Source: Bacteroidales bacterium
GTDB lineage: Bacteria; Bacteroidota; Bacteroidia; Bacteroidales; VadinHA17
NCBI GenBank assembly: GCA_003157015.1
Contig: PMIJ01000092.1
Location: 6,731 to 70,730, forward strand
DNA length: 64,000 bases
Direction of reading: 5' to 3'
This document shows positions 1 to 10,271 of the stretch, in pieces. Numbering within the stretch: position 1 is the stretch's first letter; the number at the start of each line of letters is the position of its first letter. Made by a program: the position numbers and the translations under genes. The notes beneath the pieces are model-generated. The model ran no database searches and had not been told where the DNA came from. It was given only the letters and a program-made list of their open reading frames with translations.

Positions 1-525
1 AATAACTGGGAATGGCCCACACTGCTTCCATATTATCTGAAATACAAAACCATCATAATATATAAACCTTTACAGAACAAGTACTTTAATAATTTTGTGA
101 ATAATAACAGGTCAAAAGACGGCATAGTTCTTACTCCGACATCACAGGTAATAAGAGAAATAATAAACTACAGAAAGAATAATATAAATACACTATCAGT
201 TTTTATTTCCGATCAGATTCCTGCCATGGGAGATATTAAATACTGGACAACATTCTTGAATCAGGATACAGCAGTATTTACAGGCGCCGGCAAGATCGCA
301 TCGAAATACGATATGGCAATTGTCTTCTTTCATGTTCAAAAAGTTAAACGGGGATATTACAATCTTGATATAGAACTTCTGTTTGACCATGCTAAAGGGC
401 TTTCTGAAGAGGTGATAACGGAAAAGCATGTAAGAAGACTAGAGGAGATAATCAGAGAAAAACCCGAGAACTGGATCTGGAGTCATCGCAGATGGAAACA
501 CAAAAAGCCTGTTGGAAATGGCTAA
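1..525 (+). CDS. Lipid A / lysophospholipid acyltransferase (LpxL/HtrB-type), 3' part; the gene starts upstream of the window
   Basis: Frame 1 is open from base 1 (NNWEWPTLLPYYLKYK... precedes the listed GTG at 97). The C-terminal ENWIWSHRRWKHK is the usual end of HtrB/LpxL-type acyltransferases. Confidence 0.6.
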   Translation, partial: NNWEWPTLLPYYLKYKTIIIYKPLQNKYFNNFVNNNRSKDGIVLTPTSQVIREIINYRKNNINTLSVFISDQIPAMGDIKYWTTFLNQDTAVFTGAGKIASKYDMAIVFFHVQKVKRGYYNLDIELLFDHAKGLSEEVITEKHVRRLEEIIREKPENWIWSHRRWKHKKPVGNG

Positions 526-1540
526 AACAGCTGTGGTAATATTAAACTGGAATGGACTTGGGTTCCTGAAAATGTTCCTGGGAGTGGTGATTAATTATTC
601 CATAGATGATGATACTATTGTCTGTGTCGCTGATAACGGATCGACTGACGGATCAGTCGACTGGATAGCCGAAAATTTCAGCGACGTGAAACTCATAAAA
701 CTTGATAAAAACCATGGATTTGCCGGTGGATATAACGAAGCACTTAATAAGGTTGATGCCAAATACTTCGTTTTATTAAATTCAGACATTGAGGTCACAG
801 AAAACTGGCTCAGGCCTCTGGTCAGTTTTATGGATAACAATCCAGATGTGGCATCGTGCCAGCCAAAAATACTTTCATATTATAACAAAGATCATTTTGA
901 GCATGCCGGTGCTGCAGGATGCTTTATTGATAAGTATGGATATCCATTCTGTCGCGGACGAGTCATAAATAAAACTGAAAAAGACACAGGTCAATATGAT
1001 TCGCAAGTAAACGTTTTCTGGACCAGCGGCGCATGCATGATCGTAAAAAGTGAGGCATGGACTAAATGCGGCGGATTCGATACCGATTTCTTTGCCCATA
1101 TGGAAGAGATAGATTTATGCTGGCGATTCCAAAAAGCAGGATACCGGGTATGCTTTATACCTGAATCAATTATTTATCATGTTGGCGGCGGTACACTCCC
1201 TTATAGTTCTCCTTTAAAAACTTATCTTAACTTCAGGAACAGCCTGTTTCTCCTCTATAAAAATCTGCCAGACAATAAATTACATTCTATTATGTTTATA
1301 AGAAGACTTCTCGACGGACTTGCTGCTATGTATTTTCTGGTTAAAGGTAGTTTCAGAAGTGTAAGAGCTGTATGGAAGGCACATATGGATTTCTATAGAG
1401 TTATAAACGGACTCAGAGAAAAGAGAGAAGTCATAAAGAAAATAGAGATTAATCACAATCAGGAATATGTATTGAACAAGAGCATCGTTTTTGAGTTTTA
1501 TATCAAGGGCAATAAAACTTATAATAGCCTGACATCGTAA
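512..1540 (+). CDS. Glycosyltransferase family 2
   Basis: N-terminal VVILNWNG...DNGSTDGS and a downstream acidic motif (LLNSDIEV) are typical of GT2 (rhamnosyltransferase-like). It overlaps the upstream gene by 14 nt. Confidence 0.8.
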   Translation: MEMAKTAVVILNWNGLGFLKMFLGVVINYSIDDDTIVCVADNGSTDGSVDWIAENFSDVKLIKLDKNHGFAGGYNEALNKVDAKYFVLLNSDIEVTENWLRPLVSFMDNNPDVASCQPKILSYYNKDHFEHAGAAGCFIDKYGYPFCRGRVINKTEKDTGQYDSQVNVFWTSGACMIVKSEAWTKCGGFDTDFFAHMEEIDLCWRFQKAGYRVCFIPESIIYHVGGGTLPYSSPLKTYLNFRNSLFLLYKNLPDNKLHSIMFIRRLLDGLAAMYFLVKGSFRSVRAVWKAHMDFYRVINGLREKREVIKKIEINHNQEYVLNKSIVFEFYIKGNKTYNSLTS

Positions 1541-1553
1541 AACTCCTTTTAAA

Positions 1554-2708
1554 ATGAAGAGATATCAGATGATAGTGTTTTTTTCAATAGCACTCACAAT
1601 TTACTCACTGGTAAATATCTACCTATTCTATAAAGGATATAAGGCAATACCATGCCTTCAGAGAAACAGGGTATTATATTCAATTACATTTTTTTTGCTT
1701 GCTGCGCTTTTTATTTTTGCAAAGATCCTTGAATCAAAACATTCCTCAGTTATCACTGATATCCTGAATATTGTAGGAGGATTCTGGCTCGCTTTCATGC
1801 TTTATGGTTTTTTATTTTTTCTTCTGTCTGATATTATTTTACTTATCCTGAAAATTCCCGGAATTATAAAAGGCGATAATCTTCTTCATTACCGCAAATG
1901 GTCATTCATTATCATAGCAGCTGCATCATCCATGTTAATAATAGGAGGATTTATTAATGCAATAATTCCTGTTACACGTGAATATAATATCACAATAAAC
2001 AAGTCGGCCGGATCAGTCAAAACTTTGCGGATTGCAGCAGTCTCGGACATTCATCTCGGGAGTATAATAAGAAAAAGAAGCCTGAAAAAGATGTCAGGTA
2101 TGATAAAAGACCTGAAACCCGATCTTGTCCTGCTGCTTGGTGATATAGTAGATGGAGAAATTGGTCCGGTATTAAGAGGTGATCTCCTGCAGTATTTTAC
2201 ATGGCCTGAATGCGTTGATGGTCTTTATGCAATTACCGGGAACCATGAATTTATCGGTGGTGCAAATCGTACGATTCCATACATTGAAAGCAAAGGAATA
2301 AGAGTCTTAAAAGATGAAATGGTGACGATTGAGGGCGGAATTCAGATAATAGGAAGAATCGACAGGGATTCATACCGTTTTTACAGAAAAGAACGAATGC
2401 CATTAGGAGAATTAATGAAACTGGCAGATACCACAAAACCGGTTATATTACTTGATCACCAACCCTTTCATCTCGATGAAACTGCAAAGTACGGCATTGA
2501 TCTGGAGCTTTCGGGACATACTCATAACGGACAGATGTGGCCTCTTAATTATGTGACCAGGATGATTTATGAATTAAGCTATGGTTATCTGAAGAAGAGG
2601 AATACAAATTTTATAGTTTCTTCGGGCTACGGTTTGTGGGGACCAAGAGTCAGATTGGGAAGCAGATCCGAAGTTCTACTGATTAACCTGACATTTGCAG
2701 GAAATTAA
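1554..2708 (+). CDS. Membrane-anchored metallophosphoesterase (calcineurin-like, YkuE-type)
   Basis: Several N-terminal hydrophobic helices are followed by the phosphoesterase motifs DIHLG, GDIVDG, GNHE and GHTHNGQ. Confidence 0.8.
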   Translation: MKRYQMIVFFSIALTIYSLVNIYLFYKGYKAIPCLQRNRVLYSITFFLLAALFIFAKILESKHSSVITDILNIVGGFWLAFMLYGFLFFLLSDIILLILKIPGIIKGDNLLHYRKWSFIIIAAASSMLIIGGFINAIIPVTREYNITINKSAGSVKTLRIAAVSDIHLGSIIRKRSLKKMSGMIKDLKPDLVLLLGDIVDGEIGPVLRGDLLQYFTWPECVDGLYAITGNHEFIGGANRTIPYIESKGIRVLKDEMVTIEGGIQIIGRIDRDSYRFYRKERMPLGELMKLADTTKPVILLDHQPFHLDETAKYGIDLELSGHTHNGQMWPLNYVTRMIYELSYGYLKKRNTNFIVSSGYGLWGPRVRLGSRSEVLLINLTFAGN

Positions 2709-2774
2709 CTGACAACCTCTGAGCCAATACCAGGGTTAGAGGTTATAAATAGACGCAAAACTTTAGTGATTTTA

Positions 2775-4067
2775 TTATAGGAGATCGTATATCTTCTCAA
2801 GCCCCATTCCCCTTGAACCTTTTATAAGTATCGTGTTTCCCGTTAACGGTACGCCCCTAATAAATTCCATTAGTTTATCTATTTTATCAAATGCTTTAAA
2901 GCCTGATTTTGCTGATATTTTATAAAATACCGGGCCTAAAAGAAGCACTTTTTCTGCAATGTCTGACTGAAGCATTTTCAACACTTTAAGATGCTCTTCT
3001 TCGCTCTTCTCACCAAGTTCAAGCATATCTCCAATGATAATAATTTTATGGTCAGCCTTTATTGCCGAAAAAGAGTCAATTGCTAACCTCATGCTTGTTG
3101 GATTGGCATTATAAGAATCACAGATAAGAGTATTGTTTTTTGTTCTTTTTACCTGCGACCTGTTATTTGCAGGCGCATATTGCTCAATTGCTTCAATTAT
3201 ATCTTTCATCTCAACACCAAGGAAAAGACTGGTAGCTACTGCTGCTCTTATATTTTCGAGATTATAGCTGCCAAACAAGTTAGTATTTATTATATGTGTT
3301 TGATGAAGATAGGTTATTGATATCTTTAGAGTAAGATCAGAGGGGACCGTTTCAATCAGAAGATCCGTGCCGGTTGGATCAGAAAAGGGAACAGCCCTGT
3401 TAATGATTTTAAATATTTTTTCAGCCAGAAGGGGATCTTTATCATTATACAAAGCTATCCCGTTTACCTTGCGAAGATGTTCATACAATTCTGTTTTCGC
3501 CCTTGCAACGCCATCGGCTGATCCAAATCCTTCAATATGGGCAGTACCAATGTTCGTGATTAATCCATAATCGGGTTTTGCTATAAGACATAAGGTCCTT
3601 ATCTCACCAATGTGACTGGCACCCATTTCAATTATCAATATTTCAGTATCGGCAGAAGCTGACAGAATCGTAAGAGGTACCCCGATATGATTATTCAGGT
3701 TTCCCCTGGTATAATGAACTTTATACTTTTTGGAAAGTATTGTAGCAATGAGTTCTTTGGTTGTTGTTTTGCCATTGGTTCCTGTTATAGCAAGAACCGG
3801 AACTTTCAGTTCCTTCCTGTAATGTGAGGCAAGAGCCTGTAGTTCAAAGAGGCAGTCATCTACAAGGATTGTGTTTTCTGTTTCAAACAGAGGATCATCA
3901 ATAACGGCACTTAAAGCACCTCTGGCAAGCGCATCGGAAGCAAATTTATTCCCGTTATAATTGTCACCCCACAGAGCAAAAAAAATCTGCTCTTTTCCTA
4001 CTGTTCGGGAATCGGTTGATACACCTTTTGATTCCTGAAATAGCCTGTATATTTGTTCTGTTTTCAT
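2775..4067 (-). CDS. murF: UDP-N-acetylmuramoyl-tripeptide--D-alanyl-D-alanine ligase
   Basis: Mur ligase motifs are present (GTNGKTTTKE P-loop, DSYNANP). The first 28 codons of the listed ORF (4068-4151) overlap the gldJ 3' end, so the ATG at 4065-4067 (MKTEQIYRLF...) is preferred. Confidence 0.85.
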   Translation of the reverse strand: MKTEQIYRLFQESKGVSTDSRTVGKEQIFFALWGDNYNGNKFASDALARGALSAVIDDPLFETENTILVDDCLFELQALASHYRKELKVPVLAITGTNGKTTTKELIATILSKKYKVHYTRGNLNNHIGVPLTILSASADTEILIIEMGASHIGEIRTLCLIAKPDYGLITNIGTAHIEGFGSADGVARAKTELYEHLRKVNGIALYNDKDPLLAEKIFKIINRAVPFSDPTGTDLLIETVPSDLTLKISITYLHQTHIINTNLFGSYNLENIRAAVATSLFLGVEMKDIIEAIEQYAPANNRSQVKRTKNNTLICDSYNANPTSMRLAIDSFSAIKADHKIIIIGDMLELGEKSEEEHLKVLKMLQSDIAEKVLLLGPVFYKISAKSGFKAFDKIDKLMEFIRGVPLTGNTILIKGSRGMGLEKIYDLL

Positions 4068-4128
4068 ACCTTTAAAAAAATGCCTCATTATGATTACATA
4101 ATGAGGCTTATTTTCATAGAACCGGGTC

Positions 4129-5634
4129 TTATAAACCTGAAGGACTTCCAACCCTGATCATTGCGCACCTGAAACCAATATCATCACGGCTGCTTTCCTG
4201 ATCGAGGAATCTTCTGGTTGAGGGATTGAGCCAATAAGCTCTGTCTCTCCATGATCCACCTTTATACACCCTGGCATTATCATTTATAAGAGTTACAAAA
4301 TCGCTGCTGGTTGGATTGCTGTCCTGAGCGTACATCCTCAAAGATCCTTTTTTCCCATCCTCTGTTTTATAATCATCTCCTCCACCGTTTGGTATGGCCG
4401 ACTGAAGATCGCCATCCCTGTAGTTCCGGTAATCTCCTTTCTGATAGTTATATCTGTTTGCGACGTCAACATCTTTAACGGTATCAATAATTAAACGCCC
4501 GAGTTTATCCTTTGCAACTACCGAACCATTTGCATCGCGCTTAAGGTCAGTAAATACGTTCCCTCTGAAAGGATTAAATTCATCAATATCTTCTGAACTA
4601 AGAGGACGGTAAACATCCTGTACCCATTCGTTAACATTACCAGCCATACAGTAAAGACCATAATCATTTGGCCAGTATGATTTTACATCAACTGTAATAC
4701 TACCGTTATCATTCAGGGCTCCTGCAACTCCCATAAGGTCACCTCTGCCGCGAACGAAGTTCGCCATCATCTGACCCCTGTTCTTTTTTGATGAATTCCT
4801 GACGTTATGTCCATCCCATGGATAAATTCTTCTTTCATAAATCCTCTCCTCAAATGTGTTCCCTCTGAGAGCATATGCTGCAAATTCCCATTCAGCTTCG
4901 GTAGGCAGCCTGTAACTTGGAAGCAGCACACCATCCTCAAAGTTAGTCCTGCGTTCGGTCTTATTCGGATCTTTACTCTCGCGTAACTGATTTACAACAC
5001 CTTCATATTGACCTGCCAGATATGCTTCAGTATTAAAGTTCTTTTCATTTGTCTGATTCGGATCGGGGTTCAGCTCTCCCTCATCGATAAGCAATTGCTC
5101 ATTAACCCTGTCGGTTCTCCAAAGGCAAAAATCATTTGCCTTTACCCAGCTTACACCAACAACAGGATAATTATTATATGAAGGGTGACGGAAATAATAC
5201 TGGACATAAGGATCATTGAATCCCATTGGAGTTCTCCATACTAATGTATCAGGCAGTGCTCTTCTGTAAACTTCAGGATAATCTTTGTATACCCTGCGCA
5301 GCCAGAAAAGATATTCACGGTAATCAACATTCTTAACCTCTGTCTCATCCATGTAGAATGAAGATACTGTAACAGTTCTTGGGCTGTTATTCCAGTCGAA
5401 CATAACATCCTGGGCAACCTGTCCCATCGTAAAACGTCCACCTTCAATCAGTACCAGGCCAGGTCCGGTTTTCTGTTCAGCGCCAGTAGCAACTTCAAAC
5501 CCACCCATGTCAGGATCATTATACTTCCATCCTGTTGAAGTGGAAATTTCGTCTTTACCCTTCTTCTTAAATATGCAGGAGGTAAAAAGCAAGAGTGTGA
5601 TTAAAACAACTGGTAAGGCTCTGAATTTATACAT
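4129..5634 (-). CDS. gldJ: Gliding motility lipoprotein GldJ (FGE/sulfatase-modifying-factor-like fold)
   Basis: It has a lipoprotein signal (LLLFTSC) and GldJ-like strings (GWKYNDPDMGGFEV, LVLIEGGRFTMGQ, GNVNEWV, GFRCA). The start is moved to ATG 5634 because a TATATTTG box lies at 5668-5675; the alternative start is 5670. Confidence 0.75.
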   Translation of the reverse strand: MYKFRALPVVLITLLLFTSCIFKKKGKDEISTSTGWKYNDPDMGGFEVATGAEQKTGPGLVLIEGGRFTMGQVAQDVMFDWNNSPRTVTVSSFYMDETEVKNVDYREYLFWLRRVYKDYPEVYRRALPDTLVWRTPMGFNDPYVQYYFRHPSYNNYPVVGVSWVKANDFCLWRTDRVNEQLLIDEGELNPDPNQTNEKNFNTEAYLAGQYEGVVNQLRESKDPNKTERRTNFEDGVLLPSYRLPTEAEWEFAAYALRGNTFEERIYERRIYPWDGHNVRNSSKKNRGQMMANFVRGRGDLMGVAGALNDNGSITVDVKSYWPNDYGLYCMAGNVNEWVQDVYRPLSSEDIDEFNPFRGNVFTDLKRDANGSVVAKDKLGRLIIDTVKDVDVANRYNYQKGDYRNYRDGDLQSAIPNGGGDDYKTEDGKKGSLRMYAQDSNPTSSDFVTLINDNARVYKGGSWRDRAYWLNPSTRRFLDQESSRDDIGFRCAMIRVGSPSGL

Positions 5635-5667
5635 AACTCCTTTAGTTTTATGGCTTTTAAGAATACC

Positions 5668-5675
5668 CAAATATA
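5668..5675 (-). promoter_or_regulatory. Bacteroidetes-type -7 box (TAnnTTTG) upstream of gldJ
   Basis: The minus strand reads TATATTTG, 33 nt upstream of ATG 5634. A second identical box lies at 5707-5714. Confidence 0.35.
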
Positions 5676-5715
5676 ATAATTTTTACTAAATCTTTTTTTT
5701 ACTCATCAAATATAA

Positions 5716-6684
5716 CTACAATTTAGGGAAATTTATTGTTTTGATTGTATTTCTTTTTTCAACATTATTCAAACTGAAAGCCAGTCCTGTCTGATGCAGA
5801 AGCGATATGGGCAATAATTTATTGCCGGAAGCCACATTAAAACGATAATTGTAGAATCCGGTAATTCTGCCGGCCCTGAAAGAAAACCCTGTTTGAATAT
5901 TCAGATTTTTTCCGTTATTCCCCATTATGACACCATTAATTGCCAGCGACTTAATCTCCAGCGCTGCTCCTGCCCCGCCATTTATGTATCCACCCTGTAT
6001 ACCAAAGTAAGCAAGAGGTTCGATTTTCAGATTCTGCGCTTTGCTGACAGTGAGATCCTCTGACAGATGGACGAGCAGTTTTCTCTTTAATCTGTCAGAA
6101 GAACTGCCTGCTGCAGATAAATCAGGTTCAGCAAGATGATTTATTGAGAAGCCGCCTGAAAATTTTCCGGATGTAAAAAGAAACCCTGCCCCAATATCAA
6201 ATACGGTTCTTCCGGGTAATGTCAGCGTTTCCGAGGAAGGTAGTGATACTCCTCCAAGGGGATCAATCTGATCGGGCAATATTGCATTGTTAAAGTCATA
6301 ACCCCTGTGATAAATGGAAGCAGAAAGCCCTCCGTTAATGAAGAGATCCTTGCCTGCCTGCAAAAAGTAGGAGTATGATAATCCTCCTCTGAAATCGTTA
6401 ATTATACCACCCAGGTAATCATCTGTGAGATATATTCCTGCTCCTCCATGAATTTGTGAAAAATACGAATCATATGAAAAATATACAGAATGAAGATTAT
6501 AATTATTGCCCGGATAAAAATTAAGATAAGACAGCCTCAATTCACCATCGCCGCAGCTCCCGGCAAGTGCAGGATTGTTTATCATCATCATCTGGTAGCC
6601 GGGACCCGGATCAATCTCCTGTCCAGAACAATATGAAGCCATGAAAAAGATAAATAATGCTATTAAGTTTAGGCGTCTCAACAT
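5716..6684 (-). CDS. PorP/SprF-family type IX secretion membrane protein
   Basis: It has a signal peptide, then QEIDPGPGYQMMMINNPALAG (the PorP/SprF N-terminal motif pattern). It is Gly/Ser/aromatic rich like a beta-barrel, about 320 aa long, and flanked by gldJ and porU. Confidence 0.65.
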   Translation of the reverse strand: MLRRLNLIALFIFFMASYCSGQEIDPGPGYQMMMINNPALAGSCGDGELRLSYLNFYPGNNYNLHSVYFSYDSYFSQIHGGAGIYLTDDYLGGIINDFRGGLSYSYFLQAGKDLFINGGLSASIYHRGYDFNNAILPDQIDPLGGVSLPSSETLTLPGRTVFDIGAGFLFTSGKFSGGFSINHLAEPDLSAAGSSSDRLKRKLLVHLSEDLTVSKAQNLKIEPLAYFGIQGGYINGGAGAALEIKSLAINGVIMGNNGKNLNIQTGFSFRAGRITGFYNYRFNVASGNKLLPISLLHQTGLAFSLNNVEKRNTIKTINFPKL

Positions 6685-6785
6685 ATTAAAAATTACTACA
6701 ATATCAACGGAATGATGTCGTTATTATTATCTTAATTCAGGTTTACAAAAAAACAAAATAAACTAACAAACAAGAAGCACATTTC

Positions 6786-6793
6786 TATCTTTG
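6786..6793 (+). promoter_or_regulatory. Bacteroidetes-type -7 box upstream of porU
   Basis: TATCTTTG lies 8 nt upstream of ATG 6802. Confidence 0.35.
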
Positions 6794-6801
6794 TGGGTAC
6801 A

Positions 6802-9800
6802 ATGAGATGCTTTTTTCAAATATCGGTAGCACTGTTGCTTTTAACGGCTGACATTTATGCTCAGAATTCCAAAGATAGTTATTCTTCGGCTTCCAAACTC
6901 TCAGAAGGTATATGGTTCAAGATTGCCATAACTTCCGACGGAATATACAGGATCGACTATTCAAAACTCAAACAGCTTGGCCTGGAGAATCCATCCAATC
7001 CCATGATTTTTGGCAACAACTATGGCCAGCTTTCTTATTTCAATGATGCACCAAAACCCGATGACCTGAAAGAGATTGCTATTCAGTTATATACCGGAAG
7101 TGATGGTATATTTAATGATGGCGATTATCTTCTTTTCTTTGCAAAAGCGACAGGCAGGTGGATATATAATCAAACCACCGGACAGTATGATTACCTGCGT
7201 CACAATTATTCCGATACCGCATTTTATTTTCTTACATCAGGCCCGGAACCCGGGAAACAAATTGTTGATGCTATCGAACCAACAGAGCCAGCATCCTACA
7301 ATTCATCGGAATCAGACGCTTTATTTATACATGAACAGGATAATGTAAACCTTATTCAATCAGGAAGAGAGTGGTTTCAGGAAATTTCTACTGTACATAT
7401 CGATCCAGGATTCAGTGAACTGATGACTTCAGAAAACATTAAATACAATATCAGAGTTGCTGCAAGGGCCTCAGTTCCCACAATCTTCAGACTATCCGAT
7501 GGAAGCTCACTCCAAAAAAGCATTCTGGTTGATGGCGTCGATCTATTCGACTTTACCGGCACTTATGCGCAGATCACTGATTCAGCAGGTTCAATTCAAC
7601 CCTCTTCAACCTCACCGGCTTATGATATTACATTTTATAATAACGGGGAAACTGGAGCCCATGGCTGGCTCGATTGGATAACCCTGCAGGGAAGACAGTC
7701 GAATTCATTTTCCGGAACAGAAATGCAATACAGCGATTCAAAATCTGTTGCACCCGGCAATATTAGCAATTTTAGCTTAAAAAGCTCAAATTACGATCCG
7801 GAGATCTGGGATGTTACTGATCCTCTTAATATTAAGCAGATACAATTTACAAAAAACGGAGATAATATTAATTTCAAATATTCTTCTGATACGCTTAGGA
7901 CATTTATAGCTTTTACAACTGAAAATGCTGCTGTTCCTTTAATTAAACCGGTTACAGTTCCGAATCAGAATCTTCATTCATCTGCTCCCGCCGATATGAT
8001 AATTGTTACTCACCCTTTATTCAAAGCATATGCTGAAGAACTGGCAGATATTCATCTTAAGAACGATGGCCTGATCACACTGATCGTTACTCCGGAACAG
8101 ATATATAACGAATTTTCAGGAGGTGTACCAGATATTGCTGCCATAAGAAACTTTTTAAGAATGAAGTATATAAGACAGAATGGCAGTGGCCATCCGCTTA
8201 AATATCTGCTTCTTTTCGGGGATGGTTCTTATGAAAACAAAACACCTCCTCCAAATAATCCGAATTTCATTCCTACTTACCAGTCCGAGAACTCTAACGT
8301 TGTTGTTTCTTCCTTTACATCAGATGATTTTTATGGACTTCTTGAAGATGGAGCCGGAGAAGCAGATGGCACACTAAACATTGGAATTGGTCGCCTGCCG
8401 GTTTCAGATACTATTCAGGCAGGTATAGTTATAACAAAGATTAAGAGATACCTCGATCCTGCAAATATGGGCGATTGGAAAAATGTGGTCTGTTTAACTG
8501 CCGATGATGAAGATGGGAATACGCATATGATAGATGCCGAGGGTCTTGCCTCTGTTATAACTGACAGTGTCCCAGCCTATAATATTGATAAAATTTATCT
8601 CGATGCATACCCTCAGATGACGACAGGGAGTGGCCAGTCTTATCCTGAAGTGAACAAAGCAATCAATGATCGCATAAATTCGGGATGTCTTATTTTCAAT
8701 TATACCGGACATGGAAATGCAAACGGTCTTGCCGCTGAAAGGGTAGTCACAACTGATGATATTAATTCGTGGAAAAATGGTGGCAGACTCCCGTTATTTA
8801 TAACTGCCACTTGTGAATTCAGCCGTTTCGATGATATTGATATTAATCTGGCAACCAGGCAGATGACGAATAAGCCATCGGGTGGGGAATTGGTACTTCT
8901 GAATAAAGATGGTGGCGGCATTGCCCTGATGTCGACCACAAGGGTAGTTTATTCCGCTCCGAATTATGATCTGAACAGAAATATTTTCAGCTACGCTTTT
9001 AATCATGACGAATCAGGCAATCCTCTGAGCTTTGGAGACATTATCAGGATTGCCAAAAATCAATCGGGAACTGGTCCGAATAAAAGGAACTTCACACTGC
9101 TGGGAGATCCGGCATTAAAGTTTGCCTATCCTTACCATGGAAAAGTTATTACAGACTCTGTTAATAAGATTCCAGTTTATGATAAGGTTGACACTCTTAA
9201 AGCCCTCTCCCTCATTACAGTCACCGGGCATATTGAAAATGCCACCGGGAATCCCGTTACAACTTTCAATGGAGTGGTCTCTCCTATTGTATACGACAAA
9301 GCAAGTAAAGTGAAGACTCTTGCAAATGACGGCGGGCCGGCTATGACTTTCAATCTTATGAACAACATTCTGTTCAGTGGCAATACCATGGCAACTAAAG
9401 GAAGATTCAGCTTTACTTTTATTGTTCCAAGGGATATTGATTATACTTTCGGTTCAGGGAAAATCAGTTATTATGCCAGTAATAACAAGGAGGACATGAA
9501 TGGAAGTTTCAGTAAAATAATCGTAGGGGGATTCCTCAACTCGTTGCTTACTGATAACATAGGCCCGAAAATAAATCTGTATATGAATGACACACTCTTT
9601 AAGAATGGTGGTCTTACCGACAGTAATCCAACCCTACTTGCAATTCTAAGTGACACAGATGGCATAAATACGACAGGCACTGGAATCGGACACGATCTGA
9701 CTGGCATTCTTGACAATGATAGTGACCATCCCCTTATACTTAACAGCTATTTTGAAGATGATTTCAATAACTATATGAAAGGAAGTGTAAAGTATAGTCT

Positions 9801-10212
9801 TTCGGGGCTAAGCGAAGGCTATCATACTATTACCGTTAAAGCATGGGATAATTTCAATAACTCGTCAGAAAAAACGATATCATTTCAGGTTGTAACAGGT
9901 GAAAAATTCCTGGTAAGAAACCTTTTCAATTATCCTAATCCTTTCATGAATGAAACAAATATCAGCCTGGAGCACAACAGACCTGATAATGAGCTTGAGG
10001 TTACAATAAATATATATAATATTGACGGAAGAATTATCAGAATCTTAAATACAAAAATCGGATCAACAGGCTATACCCTACCACCTGTAGTATGGGATGG
10101 GAAAGATGAGGGTGGAAGAAAAGTAGGAAGGGGAATGTATCCGTATACAGTCACTGTTATTACCGGCAATGGTGAAACAGCAAGGGTATCAGGTCGAATG
10201 ATCATTTTGTGA
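6802..10212 (+). CDS. porU: Type IX secretion system sortase PorU (C25 gingipain-like peptidase)
   Basis: About 1136 aa with a signal peptide. The putative catalytic His (YTGHGNANG) and Cys (ITATCEFSRFDD) are present, and there is a C-terminal Por_Secre_tail-like CTD (NYPNPFMNETNISL...). porV lies immediately downstream. The ATG at 6802 is preferred over the listed GTG at 6793, which overlaps a TATCTTTG box. Confidence 0.8.
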   Translation: MRCFFQISVALLLLTADIYAQNSKDSYSSASKLSEGIWFKIAITSDGIYRIDYSKLKQLGLENPSNPMIFGNNYGQLSYFNDAPKPDDLKEIAIQLYTGSDGIFNDGDYLLFFAKATGRWIYNQTTGQYDYLRHNYSDTAFYFLTSGPEPGKQIVDAIEPTEPASYNSSESDALFIHEQDNVNLIQSGREWFQEISTVHIDPGFSELMTSENIKYNIRVAARASVPTIFRLSDGSSLQKSILVDGVDLFDFTGTYAQITDSAGSIQPSSTSPAYDITFYNNGETGAHGWLDWITLQGRQSNSFSGTEMQYSDSKSVAPGNISNFSLKSSNYDPEIWDVTDPLNIKQIQFTKNGDNINFKYSSDTLRTFIAFTTENAAVPLIKPVTVPNQNLHSSAPADMIIVTHPLFKAYAEELADIHLKNDGLITLIVTPEQIYNEFSGGVPDIAAIRNFLRMKYIRQNGSGHPLKYLLLFGDGSYENKTPPPNNPNFIPTYQSENSNVVVSSFTSDDFYGLLEDGAGEADGTLNIGIGRLPVSDTIQAGIVITKIKRYLDPANMGDWKNVVCLTADDEDGNTHMIDAEGLASVITDSVPAYNIDKIYLDAYPQMTTGSGQSYPEVNKAINDRINSGCLIFNYTGHGNANGLAAERVVTTDDINSWKNGGRLPLFITATCEFSRFDDIDINLATRQMTNKPSGGELVLLNKDGGGIALMSTTRVVYSAPNYDLNRNIFSYAFNHDESGNPLSFGDIIRIAKNQSGTGPNKRNFTLLGDPALKFAYPYHGKVITDSVNKIPVYDKVDTLKALSLITVTGHIENATGNPVTTFNGVVSPIVYDKASKVKTLANDGGPAMTFNLMNNILFSGNTMATKGRFSFTFIVPRDIDYTFGSGKISYYASNNKEDMNGSFSKIIVGGFLNSLLTDNIGPKINLYMNDTLFKNGGLTDSNPTLLAILSDTDGINTTGTGIGHDLTGILDNDSDHPLILNSYFEDDFNNYMKGSVKYSLSGLSEGYHTITVKAWDNFNNSSEKTISFQVVTGEKFLVRNLFNYPNPFMNETNISLEHNRPDNELEVTINIYNIDGRIIRILNTKIGSTGYTLPPVVWDGKDEGGRKVGRGMYPYTVTVITGNGETARVSGRMIIL

Positions 10213-10245
10213 GAGATGCACAATATTAAGGAAGAAAAATAGTTT

Positions 10246-10253
10246 TATATTTG
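10246..10253 (+). promoter_or_regulatory. Bacteroidetes-type -7 box upstream of porV
   Basis: TATATTTG lies 18 nt upstream of ATG 10272. Confidence 0.35.
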
Positions 10254-10271
10254 TAAATTCGTTGAAAGATA

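Noticed and set aside
4068-4151. N-terminal 28 codons of the listed murF ORF, which overlap the 3' end of gldJ
   Set aside because: The MurF homology begins at MKTEQIYRLF (ATG 4065-4067). The extension has no Mur ligase similarity and would force a 23-nt overlap with gldJ.
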